Shown here one piece after another: positions 52,181 to 61,987 of a stretch of DNA of 64,000 nucleotides (position 1 is the first letter of the stretch; each line of letters begins with the position of its first letter). The stretch lies in contig CAWFJP010000030.1 of assembly GCA_963816145.1 (NCBI GenBank), forward strand, positions 256,001-320,000, read 5' to 3'. This stretch comes from an uncultured delta proteobacterium. Its GTDB lineage: Bacteria; Desulfobacterota; Binatia; UBA9968. The notes below the pieces were generated by a model. The model saw only the letters and a list, made by a program, of their open reading frames with translations, did not search any database and was not told where the DNA came from. The position numbers were made by a program, and so were the translations under genes.

Positions 52181-53833
52181 ATGAGAATAGCCCAGTCGGT
52201 TCAACTAACCAAAGACGAAATACGGATACTGACGAAATGGGCACGAGGTCGTCGGACCCCAACTCGGCAGATGCAACGAGCGAAGATCGTTCTATTGGCC
52301 GCCGAGGGACATCAGAATAATACGATCGCGAACATGCTGGGCATTAACCGAGTGCGGGTGGCGCGCTGGCGCCAGCGGTTCGCAAATCATCGGTTAGCAG
52401 GAATTGAAAAAGATGCTCCACGATCAGGCACCAAGCGTCGCTTTGACCAGAATTTGGGGCAGCATGATTCGGCGACTCTGGAGCAGCATCTCCACACAAA
52501 ACGATTGTATCGCGATTTATCCAGCAAAGCCGATGTTTCCGACAGCTCCCCCCACACCATCCATGTAATTGACCCCTTACCACCTTCGATAGCACTGTCA
52601 TCCCAGCAACGGGAGGCCCTTGATGCGATCGTTGAAGAGCAACCGAGTCTTCCAGCCTCAGAGTGGCCTGCACGCGCAATTTTAATGTGGAGCAACGGAG
52701 TCACACAATCAACTACGGCTCGGGATCTCGGTATTAGCGAGGAGACCATCAAACTTCTACGTCATCGCTGGTTGTCATCAATGGACCGTATTGATGCAGC
52801 AGAGAAGAGGTTGACCAAGGAATTGACCAAGTTCTTGTCACTCATTTGTCAGACTCTAAGCGAGGAAACACCTGCCGAAACGCCACTGGATGCTCCTGCG
52901 GATATCGCCAAAACAAGAACCGCCAACCGAGAGAAGCCAACTACGAGTATTGAATTGCGACCGGCGACTAACGCACTAATCGAGATCCTTCATCACAAGC
53001 CAAACGTCTACGGAATTAACAGAAGCAATTGGAACCAACGAAGCCTCGCGCAAGCATTTGAAATACTATATGGCCAGAGGCCATCAAAAAGTACGGTATC
53101 CCGGCTATTGAAGCAAGCTGGTCTCAGCTGGAAGAAGTCGAGAAAAGTTTTGACAAGTCCAGATCCCAATTACCGCGAAAAGGTCGAGTTGTTATTAACA
53201 ACACTCCAATCTCTGAAAGCTGACGAGGATTTGTTCTTTATAGATGAACTAGGACCACTTCAGGTCAAAAGGTACGGAGGTAGATGCTACACTCCGAGGG
53301 GAAGCACGCCCACCCATCCGCAGAATCAGCGTACGAAAGGGTCTATCACCTTATACGGGGCGTTGAGTGCTACCACCAACCAAGTAACTTGGTTCTATAG
53401 GAATACGAAAGACTCAGCGGGAATGATCGACTTAGTCGAGATAGTTTACAATCAGCATCACGACAAAGCGAGAATCTATCTGACCTGGGATGCTGCCTCT
53501 TGGCACGGATCGAATGAGTTGGTGGAGTGGGCTGACAACTTCAATTCTTGGAACAACGCAAACAGCACCGGCCCAACTATCGAGTTCGTTCCGCTCCCGG
53601 CGAGCGCACAGTTCCTGGATGTCATTGAGGCAGTTTTCAGTGCTATGAAAAAGGCAGTGGTCCACAATTCGGACTATCAGTCGGAGGAAGAAATGAAGAC
53701 TGCCATATCCGTGCACTTTTGTGAACGAAACGAGTTCTTTAAACACAACCCCAAACGCGCCGGCAAGAAAATATGGCAAATAGACTTCTTCGAAGACCAA
53801 AACTACATACGGTCTGGGAACTATAAGGAATGA
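52181..53833 (+). mobile_element. IS630-family DDE transposase, elongated (550 aa) with an extra N-terminal HTH module
   Basis: N-terminus RAKIVLLAAEG...VARWRQRF...DAPRSG; second HTH ARAILMWSNG...ARDLGISEETI; PNVYGINRSNW...STVSRLLKQAGLSWKK; catalytic FFIDE, TWDAASWH, LDVIEAVF. Confidence 0.88.
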
Positions 53834-53839
53834 AAAGGC

Positions 53840-56143
53840 ATGAGCCAGTTTTTGGTCGATACAGCATTTATCATCGAGCGGACATACCAGACGTTCTTTG
53901 GGACTCCGCTTCTGACAGCACAGGGAAGCGACCTTACTTTCACCTTCGCCTTTGCAAGAGATTTTCTAAGGCTGCGATGCGAGTTGAGTATTAAGGCGGG
54001 AGTTCTGGTTATAGGAAGGGAATCTCACTCACTCACCACCCATCAGAACATTGAGAGTGTTATTATTTTTCTTCAGCAACTGAAGATTCCTTACATCCAC
54101 GATCCGGCGAATCCCGGTTTAAAAATCATCGCCTCTATCAGTTCCCAATTCACGCATATCGTTTCGGGGGACAAGCGATGTCTACAACTGTGCAGCGACG
54201 ACCTTACCGTCGTCCTCGTTGGAGGTGCTAGCCGCTACCAATACGACTGGATGTCCGCGGATAAGGTCGGAACGAAGATGGGCATCGCTCCGAAAGATAT
54301 ACCCACCTACCTAGCGTTAACGGAAGCATCGAACGCGCAAGCAATAACCAGTAGACAAGCGGTCCGGCTCATCGAGCTGTATGGCGACTTGGATTCTATT
54401 TACGAGACCCTATCAAAGGTCGCGTCAGGCCAAATCCGAAAGACGCTGGTAAAAAACGAGACTCGAGCCCGGGATTACTATTCGGAGAGTAAAGCTAACC
54501 GAGCCAAGGAGTCATGCTCCTGCAATGTTCAAACCTTTTCTTTGAGCGACTTGGACACTGACAGAAATCGGCAACTTTTGAGAACTCACGGTTTTCACTC
54601 ACTTTTGCCACTATTGGCAAATCCTACGGATGCCCGGCTGGATTTGAATGAGATTACACCCAGACCAGACGCCTATCACGCCGTGGTTGACGTAAAGGGG
54701 ATCCTAGAACTCGAATCTTTGCTTGTGTCATCAAAGCAATGTTCAATAGACACAGAATCCGATGACAAGGATCCTAGGGAGGCACATTTACTTGGAGTTG
54801 CCTTCTCGGTAAAGGGCGGAGAAGCTTATTTCGTCCCGCTGATCGAGGAGGACCTCAAGGGATTGACCAAAGATGATGTGCTGAAGTTTCTAAAGCGGGT
54901 ATGCGATAGCGACATAGGTTTCATTGGACATAATATAAAGTACGATCACTTACTCCTCCGGCGAAACGGCATAAGGATTAAGTCGATTCACTTTGACACG
55001 ATGCTGGCCGCCTATGACTGTCATGGTGACTGGGACTTTTTCAATCTTCGTGACTTAGCTCAGAGATTCCTGCACGAGAAAATCAAATCCTACTCGGATT
55101 TGGTCGATGAAGGCAAAACCTTTCTAGACTTGCCCTTAAAAGAGTTGGTTAACCACGCTTGCCAGGACGCTGACGTGACCATGCGACTGTATCCCATTTT
55201 CTTGGCGGAGTTGAACGATCGAAATATAATTGAACAGTATTACGAACATACCATGCGTCAGATGATGCATCTAGCTGAGCTAGAATTCCAAGGGATTGCA
55301 GCAGATTTGGGGCAAATCGATGCGATCAGGCGATCTCTTGGTAAAAAGGCTTCTGACTTGAAGGACGATATCTGTAGAAAAGTGGGGATAGCCTTTGACC
55401 TGGACTCGGAGAAGGATCTTTCGGGAGTATTTAAGGAGGCTATAGTTTTGAGGGGCTATCTCGCGCCAAGAAAGATCACGATGGCAATATTAGAGCAGAT
55501 GGCCATTAGCGATCCGATTATGCGTTTGGTCATTCAGTATAAAAGACTCCGTCGTCGTATTTCGGGGCTGGAATCGATCTCCGCTTCTGTAACTGACGGA
55601 AAGATCTATCCGCTCTTTAGTCAAATTAAATCTCGTGCTGGTCTTCTGACCACGGTCAAACCAAGTTTGTTCGAGAACGATACATTGCCAGAACTCAAGT
55701 CTTGCTTCGATAGCGGTGTAAGGGATTATTTCAGGGATAGACAGCGAGCATTGGACACGTTATCGCAAGTGACTCATGATACTGCCCTAAGCGAACGCCA
55801 GACGTGTAAGTCTAACGCCGACGTTTTCACGACGGATCAAGTTGGGATGCAGAACCTTGACCACGAAGAATGCTTGCTTTCTCTCGCAGTGGGCCATTCC
55901 GATTCACAGCTGAGTAAAATGTTTCTCATGGATCGACCGAAGGTTGACATGATGCGGCATGATTTCACCAAGAGATATTCGACTATGTTTCGGTGGCTGG
56001 ACAATTATCGCCGGAAAGCCCAGGCAAACGGCTATTCCGCGATTAACGGCAAGCGAAAATACATTGATGGTCTCAAGAGTTCAGATATTTCTAGGAGAGA
56101 ACGAGCAACGGAACATGTGGTGAGGTGGTTGATACGTTATTAA
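53840..56143 (+). CDS. DNA polymerase I-derived protein: degenerate 5' nuclease, intact-looking 3'-5' exonuclease, degenerate and truncated polymerase domain
   Basis: FLVDT...IVSGDK...LIELYGDLDSIY (5'-3' exo fold); SIDTES, IGHNIKYD, FDTMLAAY, HACQDADVT (ExoI-III); thumb ELEFQGIAAD/FDLDSEKDL; ends at ...RERATEHVVRWLIRY before motif C. Confidence 0.85.
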   Translation: MSQFLVDTAFIIERTYQTFFGTPLLTAQGSDLTFTFAFARDFLRLRCELSIKAGVLVIGRESHSLTTHQNIESVIIFLQQLKIPYIHDPANPGLKIIASISSQFTHIVSGDKRCLQLCSDDLTVVLVGGASRYQYDWMSADKVGTKMGIAPKDIPTYLALTEASNAQAITSRQAVRLIELYGDLDSIYETLSKVASGQIRKTLVKNETRARDYYSESKANRAKESCSCNVQTFSLSDLDTDRNRQLLRTHGFHSLLPLLANPTDARLDLNEITPRPDAYHAVVDVKGILELESLLVSSKQCSIDTESDDKDPREAHLLGVAFSVKGGEAYFVPLIEEDLKGLTKDDVLKFLKRVCDSDIGFIGHNIKYDHLLLRRNGIRIKSIHFDTMLAAYDCHGDWDFFNLRDLAQRFLHEKIKSYSDLVDEGKTFLDLPLKELVNHACQDADVTMRLYPIFLAELNDRNIIEQYYEHTMRQMMHLAELEFQGIAADLGQIDAIRRSLGKKASDLKDDICRKVGIAFDLDSEKDLSGVFKEAIVLRGYLAPRKITMAILEQMAISDPIMRLVIQYKRLRRRISGLESISASVTDGKIYPLFSQIKSRAGLLTTVKPSLFENDTLPELKSCFDSGVRDYFRDRQRALDTLSQVTHDTALSERQTCKSNADVFTTDQVGMQNLDHEECLLSLAVGHSDSQLSKMFLMDRPKVDMMRHDFTKRYSTMFRWLDNYRRKAQANGYSAINGKRKYIDGLKSSDISRRERATEHVVRWLIRY

Positions 56144-56204
56144 GCGCCAGTATGTGGACCTATCCACCAGCCAGTTTTGAGATCTAACCTCAATTTCTGA
56201 ACCA

Positions 56205-56235
56205 GGATTTGGGTAGCGTCCTAAATCCCAATTTT
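56205..56235 (+). terminator. Possible terminator hairpin after the PolA-like gene
   Basis: GGATTTGGG-TAGCGT-CCTAAATCC followed by CAATTTT. Confidence 0.35.
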
Positions 56236-56467
56236 GGCCTGGGAACGTTTGACACCGGTTTAGCTTGACCCCAAGTTAATTCATTTCTCGCATCGAAGGA
56301 TTAACAAACCCATTCGCTCTGATATATTAGAGATTAACAATCGGAATCGCTCGTTTGTCAGCACTGAGTCAATCATTCGTTGGGGGGTACTTAACTGTGA
56401 TTTATTCAGCGCCGACCCCGCCGATTTGGTACCACACATTCTATGCTATGGAGAGCCGTGAATTGAG

Positions 56468-58503
56468 ATGTCTAAAGCTATGCTAAAAACCGAAGCGGTA
56501 GCCACGCCGGCGCCGCCCAGCGAACCGCGAAAGATCGTCACCGCCGCCGAGATGGGCGCGCGCCAGAGAGAAATTTCCGTATCGGAATTTTTTACCAAGA
56601 ATCGCCACCTGTTGGGCTTCGACAGTCCGCGCAAGGCGCTGCTTACTTGCATCAAAGAAGCGGTCGATAACGCACTGGACGCTTGTGAAGAAGCCGGCAT
56701 CTTGCCCGAAGTCATCGTCAAGCTCGAAGTGGTGCCCAATGGCGGGATTACGGCGGCGCCGAGCCAAGCAACGCGCTTTCGCGTCACCGTGATCGATTAC
56801 GGTCCCGGCATCGTGCGCCAGCAGATTCCGCCGATTTTCGCCAAGCTGCTTTACGGCTCGAAGTTCCATCGTTTGCGCATGAGCCGCGGCCAGCAAGGCA
56901 TCGGCATCTCCGCCGCCGGCATGTACGCCCAGCTCACCACCGGCAAGCCGGTGCAGATCATTTCCCGCACCAGCGCCAGAGCGCCGGCGCACTATTTCGA
57001 AGTCCAGATCGACACCAAGAAAAACGAGCCGCGCATTTTCGAGAGTAAGAAAATCGACTGGGAAAACCACCGCGGCACACAGGTCAGTTTAGAAATCGAA
57101 GGGCGTTATCAAAAGGGCCGCGCCTCGGTGGATGAATATTTAGAACAAACGGCCATCGCCAATCCGCATGTCAAGCTCGTCTACCATACGCCTGAAGGCG
57201 AGATAAAGCAGTATCCGCGCACCATCGAAGAGCTGCCGCCGCAACCGCGCGAGATCAAGCCTCATCCCTACGGCATCGAGTTCGGTATGATGCTGAAGAT
57301 GTTGCACGACACCAAAAGCCATTCTCTGGTGGGTTTTCTGTCCAGCGAGTTTAGCCGGGTGTCATCCAGTCTGGCTCAAGAGATTTGTAAAACCGCCAAA
57401 CTCTCGCCCAACGCCCGGCCGCGCGATCTCCATGGCGCCGCCGCTGAAACCTTTTACAAAGCCATGCAGTCGACCAAGATCATGGCGCCACCGAGCAGCT
57501 GCATATCGCCCATCGGCGAACGGGCGATATCTGCACGGCCTGTACAAACAGATCAAAGGCGAATTTTACACCGCTGTGACCAGGCCGCCGGCGGTCTATC
57601 GCGGCAATCCGTTTGTCATCGAGGCCGGCCTCGCGTTCGGAAAAAGTCCGGAGCAGACGGTAAAAGTCAAAGAACCAAAGCATCCCGCTCGCCGAAGGCG
57701 AAGACAAAGACGACGACAACGAATTGGCGAGCGTGATCCGCTACGCCAATCGCGTGCCGCTGCTCTACCAGCAGTCGGCTTGCGCGACGTTTAAATCGGT
57801 CCTCGACACCACCTGGCGCAATTACGGCGTGGCGCAGTCGCGCGGCGCCCTGCCCGCCGGGCCGATGGTGATCTTCGTGCACATGGCGTCGGTCTGGGTG
57901 CCGTTCACCAGCGAGTCCAAGGAAGCCATCGCCGACTACGACGAGATTCGCAAAGAAATCAAACTCGCTCTCCAAGAGTGCGGCCGGCGGCTGGGAGTCT
58001 TCTTGCGGCGGCGCGAGCGCGCCAAGGGGGAATTTCGCCGGCGCAATATCTTCGCGCTTTACATCGAGGAAGTCGTCGATGCCTGCGCACGCTTGAAAGG
58101 CGGCAAGCTCGCCAAGGAAAAGCTCAAAGAACAGTTGCAAAAGATCGCCAGCAAACGCACCGGCGGCGAGAAAACCGACGAGATCCTGGGCCACGATGGC
58201 GGCGGGCCTGAAGGCCTGCCTCATTCGATCATCGTCACCGCCGACGGCACCGAAGGCGATGCTCCTAGCCTGCCAAGCTCGGATGAGAGCGCGGCGATGG
58301 CGCCTGCCGCAAGCGAGACCGAGCCGGAGCTGCCCATACTCGTCGACGATGATCCGGCGCCAGCAGCCAGAAACAAAAACGTCCGTGTAAAAGCAGCTAA
58401 TGCCGATCAAGCCAAAGATGGCGCGAAACAGATGACGCTAGCCTTGGACAGAAGGGCCAAACCTACAGGAAAGAAAGATGGCGGCAAAAAAAGCAAAAAA
58501 TAA
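56468..58503 (+). CDS. top6B: DNA topoisomerase VI subunit B, with two +1 frameshifts (~57530 and ~57680)
   Basis: EISVSEFF.KN.HLLGF, KEAVDNALDA, DYGPGI, SRGQQGIGISAA, KPHPYG, TRPPAVYRGNPFVIEAG, RYANRVPLLY, VPFTSESKEAIA, spread over three frames. Confidence 0.9.
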
Positions 58504-59584
58504 CGGCGTCGTCGAGAAAAAGCTCATCAGCATCGCCGACACGGTGATCACTGCGGCGCAGCGCAGCCAGGACCCAACGCTGAATATTCCGGTGCGTAGC
58601 CTGGCCAACGTCAACTTCAACCCCAAGCGCGGCATTATCGAGATGGGCCGGCGCAAGCAGGAGCGCACCTTCTTCAACGTCGGCATGGCCAAAAAATTCA
58701 TGCAGACGGTGCTAGTGGCCGACGCCTTGGCCGAGCTGCAGCGCGCCAACTTGACCACCTCGCTGCGCGAAATTTACTACCGCACCAAACACACCATCAA
58801 AAATTCCCACGAGAACACCTTTGATGGCCAGAACGAGTCCGATCCGCTCATCGAAGATCTCGAAGTCACCCTCGAAGCGCTCCGCGAAGAACTGCATGTC
58901 AGCGCGGAAAACCGCGGCACCGTAGTCGGGCCGTTGACCATCGTCGACGATGGTGACCGCGTCGACTGCACCAAACTCGGCAAAGGCGGCTATTCGGTGC
59001 CCTCCATCGTCGAGCCGGAATATATTCAGATCAGCAAATGCACCGCCGACTTCATCCTGCTGGTGGAAAAAGGCACCCAATGGAACCGGTTATCGGAGGA
59101 TAAATTCTGGCGCAGGTATAATTGCGTCCTGATCACCGGCAACGGCCAACCGCCCCGAGGCGTGCGCCGGTTGGTGCGCCGGCTGCACGAGGATTACAAA
59201 CTGCCGGTCTACGTTTTGGTCGACAACGACCCCTGGGGCTACTACATATACTCCGTCATCAAGCAGGGGTCGATCAATCTCGCCTTTGAAAGCGAGCGCA
59301 TGGCGATCCCCAAGGCAAAATTCATCGGTTTCTCCAGCGCCGACCCCGAACGCTACGGCCTGCCGCGCAACGTCGGCATCAAGTTGAACGACAAAGACAT
59401 CAACCGCGCCAAAGAGCTGATGAAGTACAAGTGGTTTCAAAAAAAAGAGTGGCAGAACGAAATCAAAGGCATGCTTACCAGCGGCCTGAAATTCGAGCTC
59501 GACGCGCTCGCCAACAAAGATTTTCAGTATCTGACCAAGACCTACTTGCCAAGAAAACTGAAGGATAAGGATTGGCTTGATTAG
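58478..59584 (+). CDS. top6A: DNA topoisomerase VI subunit A (Spo11 family)
   Basis: TSLREIYY (catalytic Tyr), Q.ESD..IEDLEV, LVEK, GNGQP, VDNDPWG..IY (TOPRIM), GSI.LA; overlaps the top6B end by 26 nt. Confidence 0.93.
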   Translation: MAAKKAKNNGVVEKKLISIADTVITAAQRSQDPTLNIPVRSLANVNFNPKRGIIEMGRRKQERTFFNVGMAKKFMQTVLVADALAELQRANLTTSLREIYYRTKHTIKNSHENTFDGQNESDPLIEDLEVTLEALREELHVSAENRGTVVGPLTIVDDGDRVDCTKLGKGGYSVPSIVEPEYIQISKCTADFILLVEKGTQWNRLSEDKFWRRYNCVLITGNGQPPRGVRRLVRRLHEDYKLPVYVLVDNDPWGYYIYSVIKQGSINLAFESERMAIPKAKFIGFSSADPERYGLPRNVGIKLNDKDINRAKELMKYKWFQKKEWQNEIKGMLTSGLKFELDALANKDFQYLTKTYLPRKLKDKDWLD

Positions 59585-59622
59585 TTTTTTGCCGGCGCGT
59601 AAAGACGGCATCTAACTTTTAT

Positions 59623-59698
59623 CTGTCATTCCGAACGAATGTGAGGAATCCTGCCGCAGAATCTGAGTCGGGATTTCTCCCTTCGGTCGAAATGACAG
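59623..59698. repeat. TGTC-type REP dimer between convergent genes
   Basis: CTGTCATTCCGAACGAATGTGAGGAATCC...GGATTTCTCCCTTCGGTCGAAATGACAG. Confidence 0.8.
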
Positions 59699-59728
59699 CG
59701 GTCCAATCCAGCTGCGATTAGATTCTAA

Positions 59729-60520
59729 TTATTCCCCGCCATTCACATCAATTATCGCGCCGCTGACAAAGCTCGCCGCGTCGGAAGCCAGGAACAGTGC
59801 TACGCCGGCGACTTCATCGGCGGTGCCGGCGCGGCCCAGGGCGATTTTTTTGAGCACCTGCGCCCAATCGTCCTGGCGAGTGCTACCCGCCGGGCGCGGC
59901 GTGTCGATGATGCCTGGGGCGATGGCGTTAACGCGGATCTCCGGCCCCCAGTGCTGCGCCATGTGAATCGACAGGTTCATCACCGCCGCCTTGGCCGCGC
60001 CATAGGCCGCCATGTCAGCTCGTTCTTTCTTTGTGCCGCGCCCTGATATCGAACCGATATTGACCATGCTGCCTTTGCCGCGCGCCATCATCGCCGGCGC
60101 CACCGCTTTGGCGCAGAGAAAGGCGCTCTTGGTGTTGACCGCATAGGCGGTCATGAAGTCTTCCGGCGCGAGATCGAGCAGCGGCGCGCGATTGAACGCC
60201 GGCATATGCGGGTTGCGGCTGTAGGAGCCGCCGGCGACGTTGATCAGCGCGTCTATACGGCCAAACTTCGCCAAGGTTTGATCGACCAGCGATTTGACCT
60301 GGGCCTCGTCCGACACATCCACCGCCAAGCCAAGCGCCATCACGCCGAGAGCTTCGATCTCCTGGACCACCGGCGGGATCGAGTCGGGCGGCAATGACGC
60401 GATCACGATGTTCGCCCCGGCCTTGGCGAACGCCACCGCGCACGCTCGGCCAATGCCACCGCTGCCGCCGGTGATGATCGCCGTCCGGCTGTCCAAAGAA
60501 AAACGCGATAAATCGATCAT
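59729..60520 (-). CDS. SDR family oxidoreductase
   Basis: TGGSGGIG, NIGS, YGAAK, VNAIAPG, DVNGG. Confidence 0.92.
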   Translation of the reverse strand: MIDLSRFSLDSRTAIITGGSGGIGRACAVAFAKAGANIVIASLPPDSIPPVVQEIEALGVMALGLAVDVSDEAQVKSLVDQTLAKFGRIDALINVAGGSYSRNPHMPAFNRAPLLDLAPEDFMTAYAVNTKSAFLCAKAVAPAMMARGKGSMVNIGSISGRGTKKERADMAAYGAAKAAVMNLSIHMAQHWGPEIRVNAIAPGIIDTPRPAGSTRQDDWAQVLKKIALGRAGTADEVAGVALFLASDAASFVSGAIIDVNGGE

Positions 60521-60642
60521 TGCTCTGCCCCCGCTATGAAAAACAAATTATTATTTCGAATCGAGTTTCGTGTGATTAAGATGAGTATTCGGAAAGCCGG
60601 CGAGTCAAGACCTTTTTGCTGCATCACCACGGAGCGGTCGCT

Positions 60643-61671
60643 TCAGGCGCCGCGCTCGCGGCGGTTGTAGCGAATCGAGTCGCAAAACGCCCAAACGATA
60701 AACCCGCTGCCGATCAGGCCCGTGACCACTTCCGGAATATGGATGACGGCATTGAGAAACATCATCACCGCCAGAGCGATGATCGCGTAGAACGCGCCGT
60801 GCTCGAGGTAGCGGTACGAGGCGAGGGCTTCTTTCTCCACCAGCATAATGGTCAGACTGCGGACAAACATGGCGCCGATGCCCAGGCCGATGGCGATGAT
60901 GAATAGGTTATTGGAAAGCGCAAAAGCGCCGATCACGCCGTCGAAGCTGAAACTGGCATCGAGGACTTCAAGATAGAGAAACGAGGCCGCGCCCGAGCGC
61001 GCCACTTCGCCGGTGATCGCCGATTCGAAATTGAGCAGGGCGGAAACGCCGTCAACCGCAATGTAAGTCACCAAGCCAAAGATCCCAGCGGTTAAGAACT
61101 CGACCTGCTCGCTGCCGAAAAGCCAGCGGGAAATCGCGTAGAGCAGTAGCAAGACCAAACCTAGCTCCACCGCTTCGATGCGGCCGAGCCGCGTCAGCGG
61201 ACGCTCGATGACCGTAATCCAGTGAATTTCCTTCTCCTGATTAAAAAAATGCTTCAAGCCGACCATGGCGAGAAATGCCCCGCCGAATGCAGCGACCGAG
61301 ACATGTGCGCTGGTGAGCACGCGCGAGTATTGATCCGGGTCGGTGGCCGCCATGACCAGCGCCGACCATGGATCGATGCGCGCGATGATCGCGACAATGG
61401 CCAACGGGAATATGATCCGCATGCCAAAGACCGCGATGGCGATACCCCAGGTGAGGAAGCGATGTCGCCACACTGGAGTCATTTCTTTGAGCACCGTGGC
61501 ATTGACGACGGCGTTGTCGAACGATAACGAAACTTCCAGAATCGCCAGCACGCCGACGATAAAAACCGTCGATAAAGCGCTAAATAAACTGCGCTGAACT
61601 TCCCACCCGAGAAAGGCGCCGAGACCAAGACCGACGAGGGTAACGACAAACGAGTTGCGAAAATAGCCCAT
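60643..61671 (-). CDS. DUF475 (TerC-like) membrane protein
   Basis: LEVSLSFDNAVVNA, YLEVLDASFSFDGVIGAFA, YLEHGAFYAI. Confidence 0.88.
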   Translation of the reverse strand: MGYFRNSFVVTLVGLGLGAFLGWEVQRSLFSALSTVFIVGVLAILEVSLSFDNAVVNATVLKEMTPVWRHRFLTWGIAIAVFGMRIIFPLAIVAIIARIDPWSALVMAATDPDQYSRVLTSAHVSVAAFGGAFLAMVGLKHFFNQEKEIHWITVIERPLTRLGRIEAVELGLVLLLLYAISRWLFGSEQVEFLTAGIFGLVTYIAVDGVSALLNFESAITGEVARSGAASFLYLEVLDASFSFDGVIGAFALSNNLFIIAIGLGIGAMFVRSLTIMLVEKEALASYRYLEHGAFYAIIALAVMMFLNAVIHIPEVVTGLIGSGFIVWAFCDSIRYNRRERGA

Positions 61672-61987
61672 GGTGGAATTCAGCTCCGCTGTGCAATAGC
61701 TTAAATTCACCTCACTGTCCAACGCTTTTTTGCCGGCCAACCGATTTGGCTATTGAAAGCAAGAAAGGGCGGTCATCGGATCGGCAATCCGATGCTTAGA
61801 GATCTGAATCAATTGAGGCGATTCAATCAATCATGACGGTACGGCAAGACAACGTTACGAGTCGTGGCAAACTGACGCCTAACCCCCCAACGGTAATTTG
61901 CGCTATAGGCAGCGTCGAGAAATTCATTAATCAGGACTTATCGATCAACTTGGCGGAGATTTAATCTCGGATTGGGATTACCTGCGC

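Noticed and set aside
53840-56143. Calling this gene the housekeeping polA
   Set aside because: Polymerase motifs A and B are eroded, motif C is absent, and composition is atypical.
56299-56340. GATTAACAA repeated twice, 33 bp apart, upstream of top6B
   Set aside because: Only two short AT-rich copies; cannot be supported as an operator or transposase-binding site.
51953-56400. 8-bp direct repeat AACTGTGA at 51953-51960 and 56393-56400 flanking the transposase-PolA unit, as a possible target-site duplication
   Set aside because: An 8-bp match between two ~300-400 bp regions is expected by chance, and IS630 elements duplicate TA. It would need an empty-site allele to be credible.
61672-61985. 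yybP-ykoY (Mn2+) riboswitch upstream of the TerC-like DUF475 gene
   Set aside because: Expected by context, but the conserved motifs were not found.
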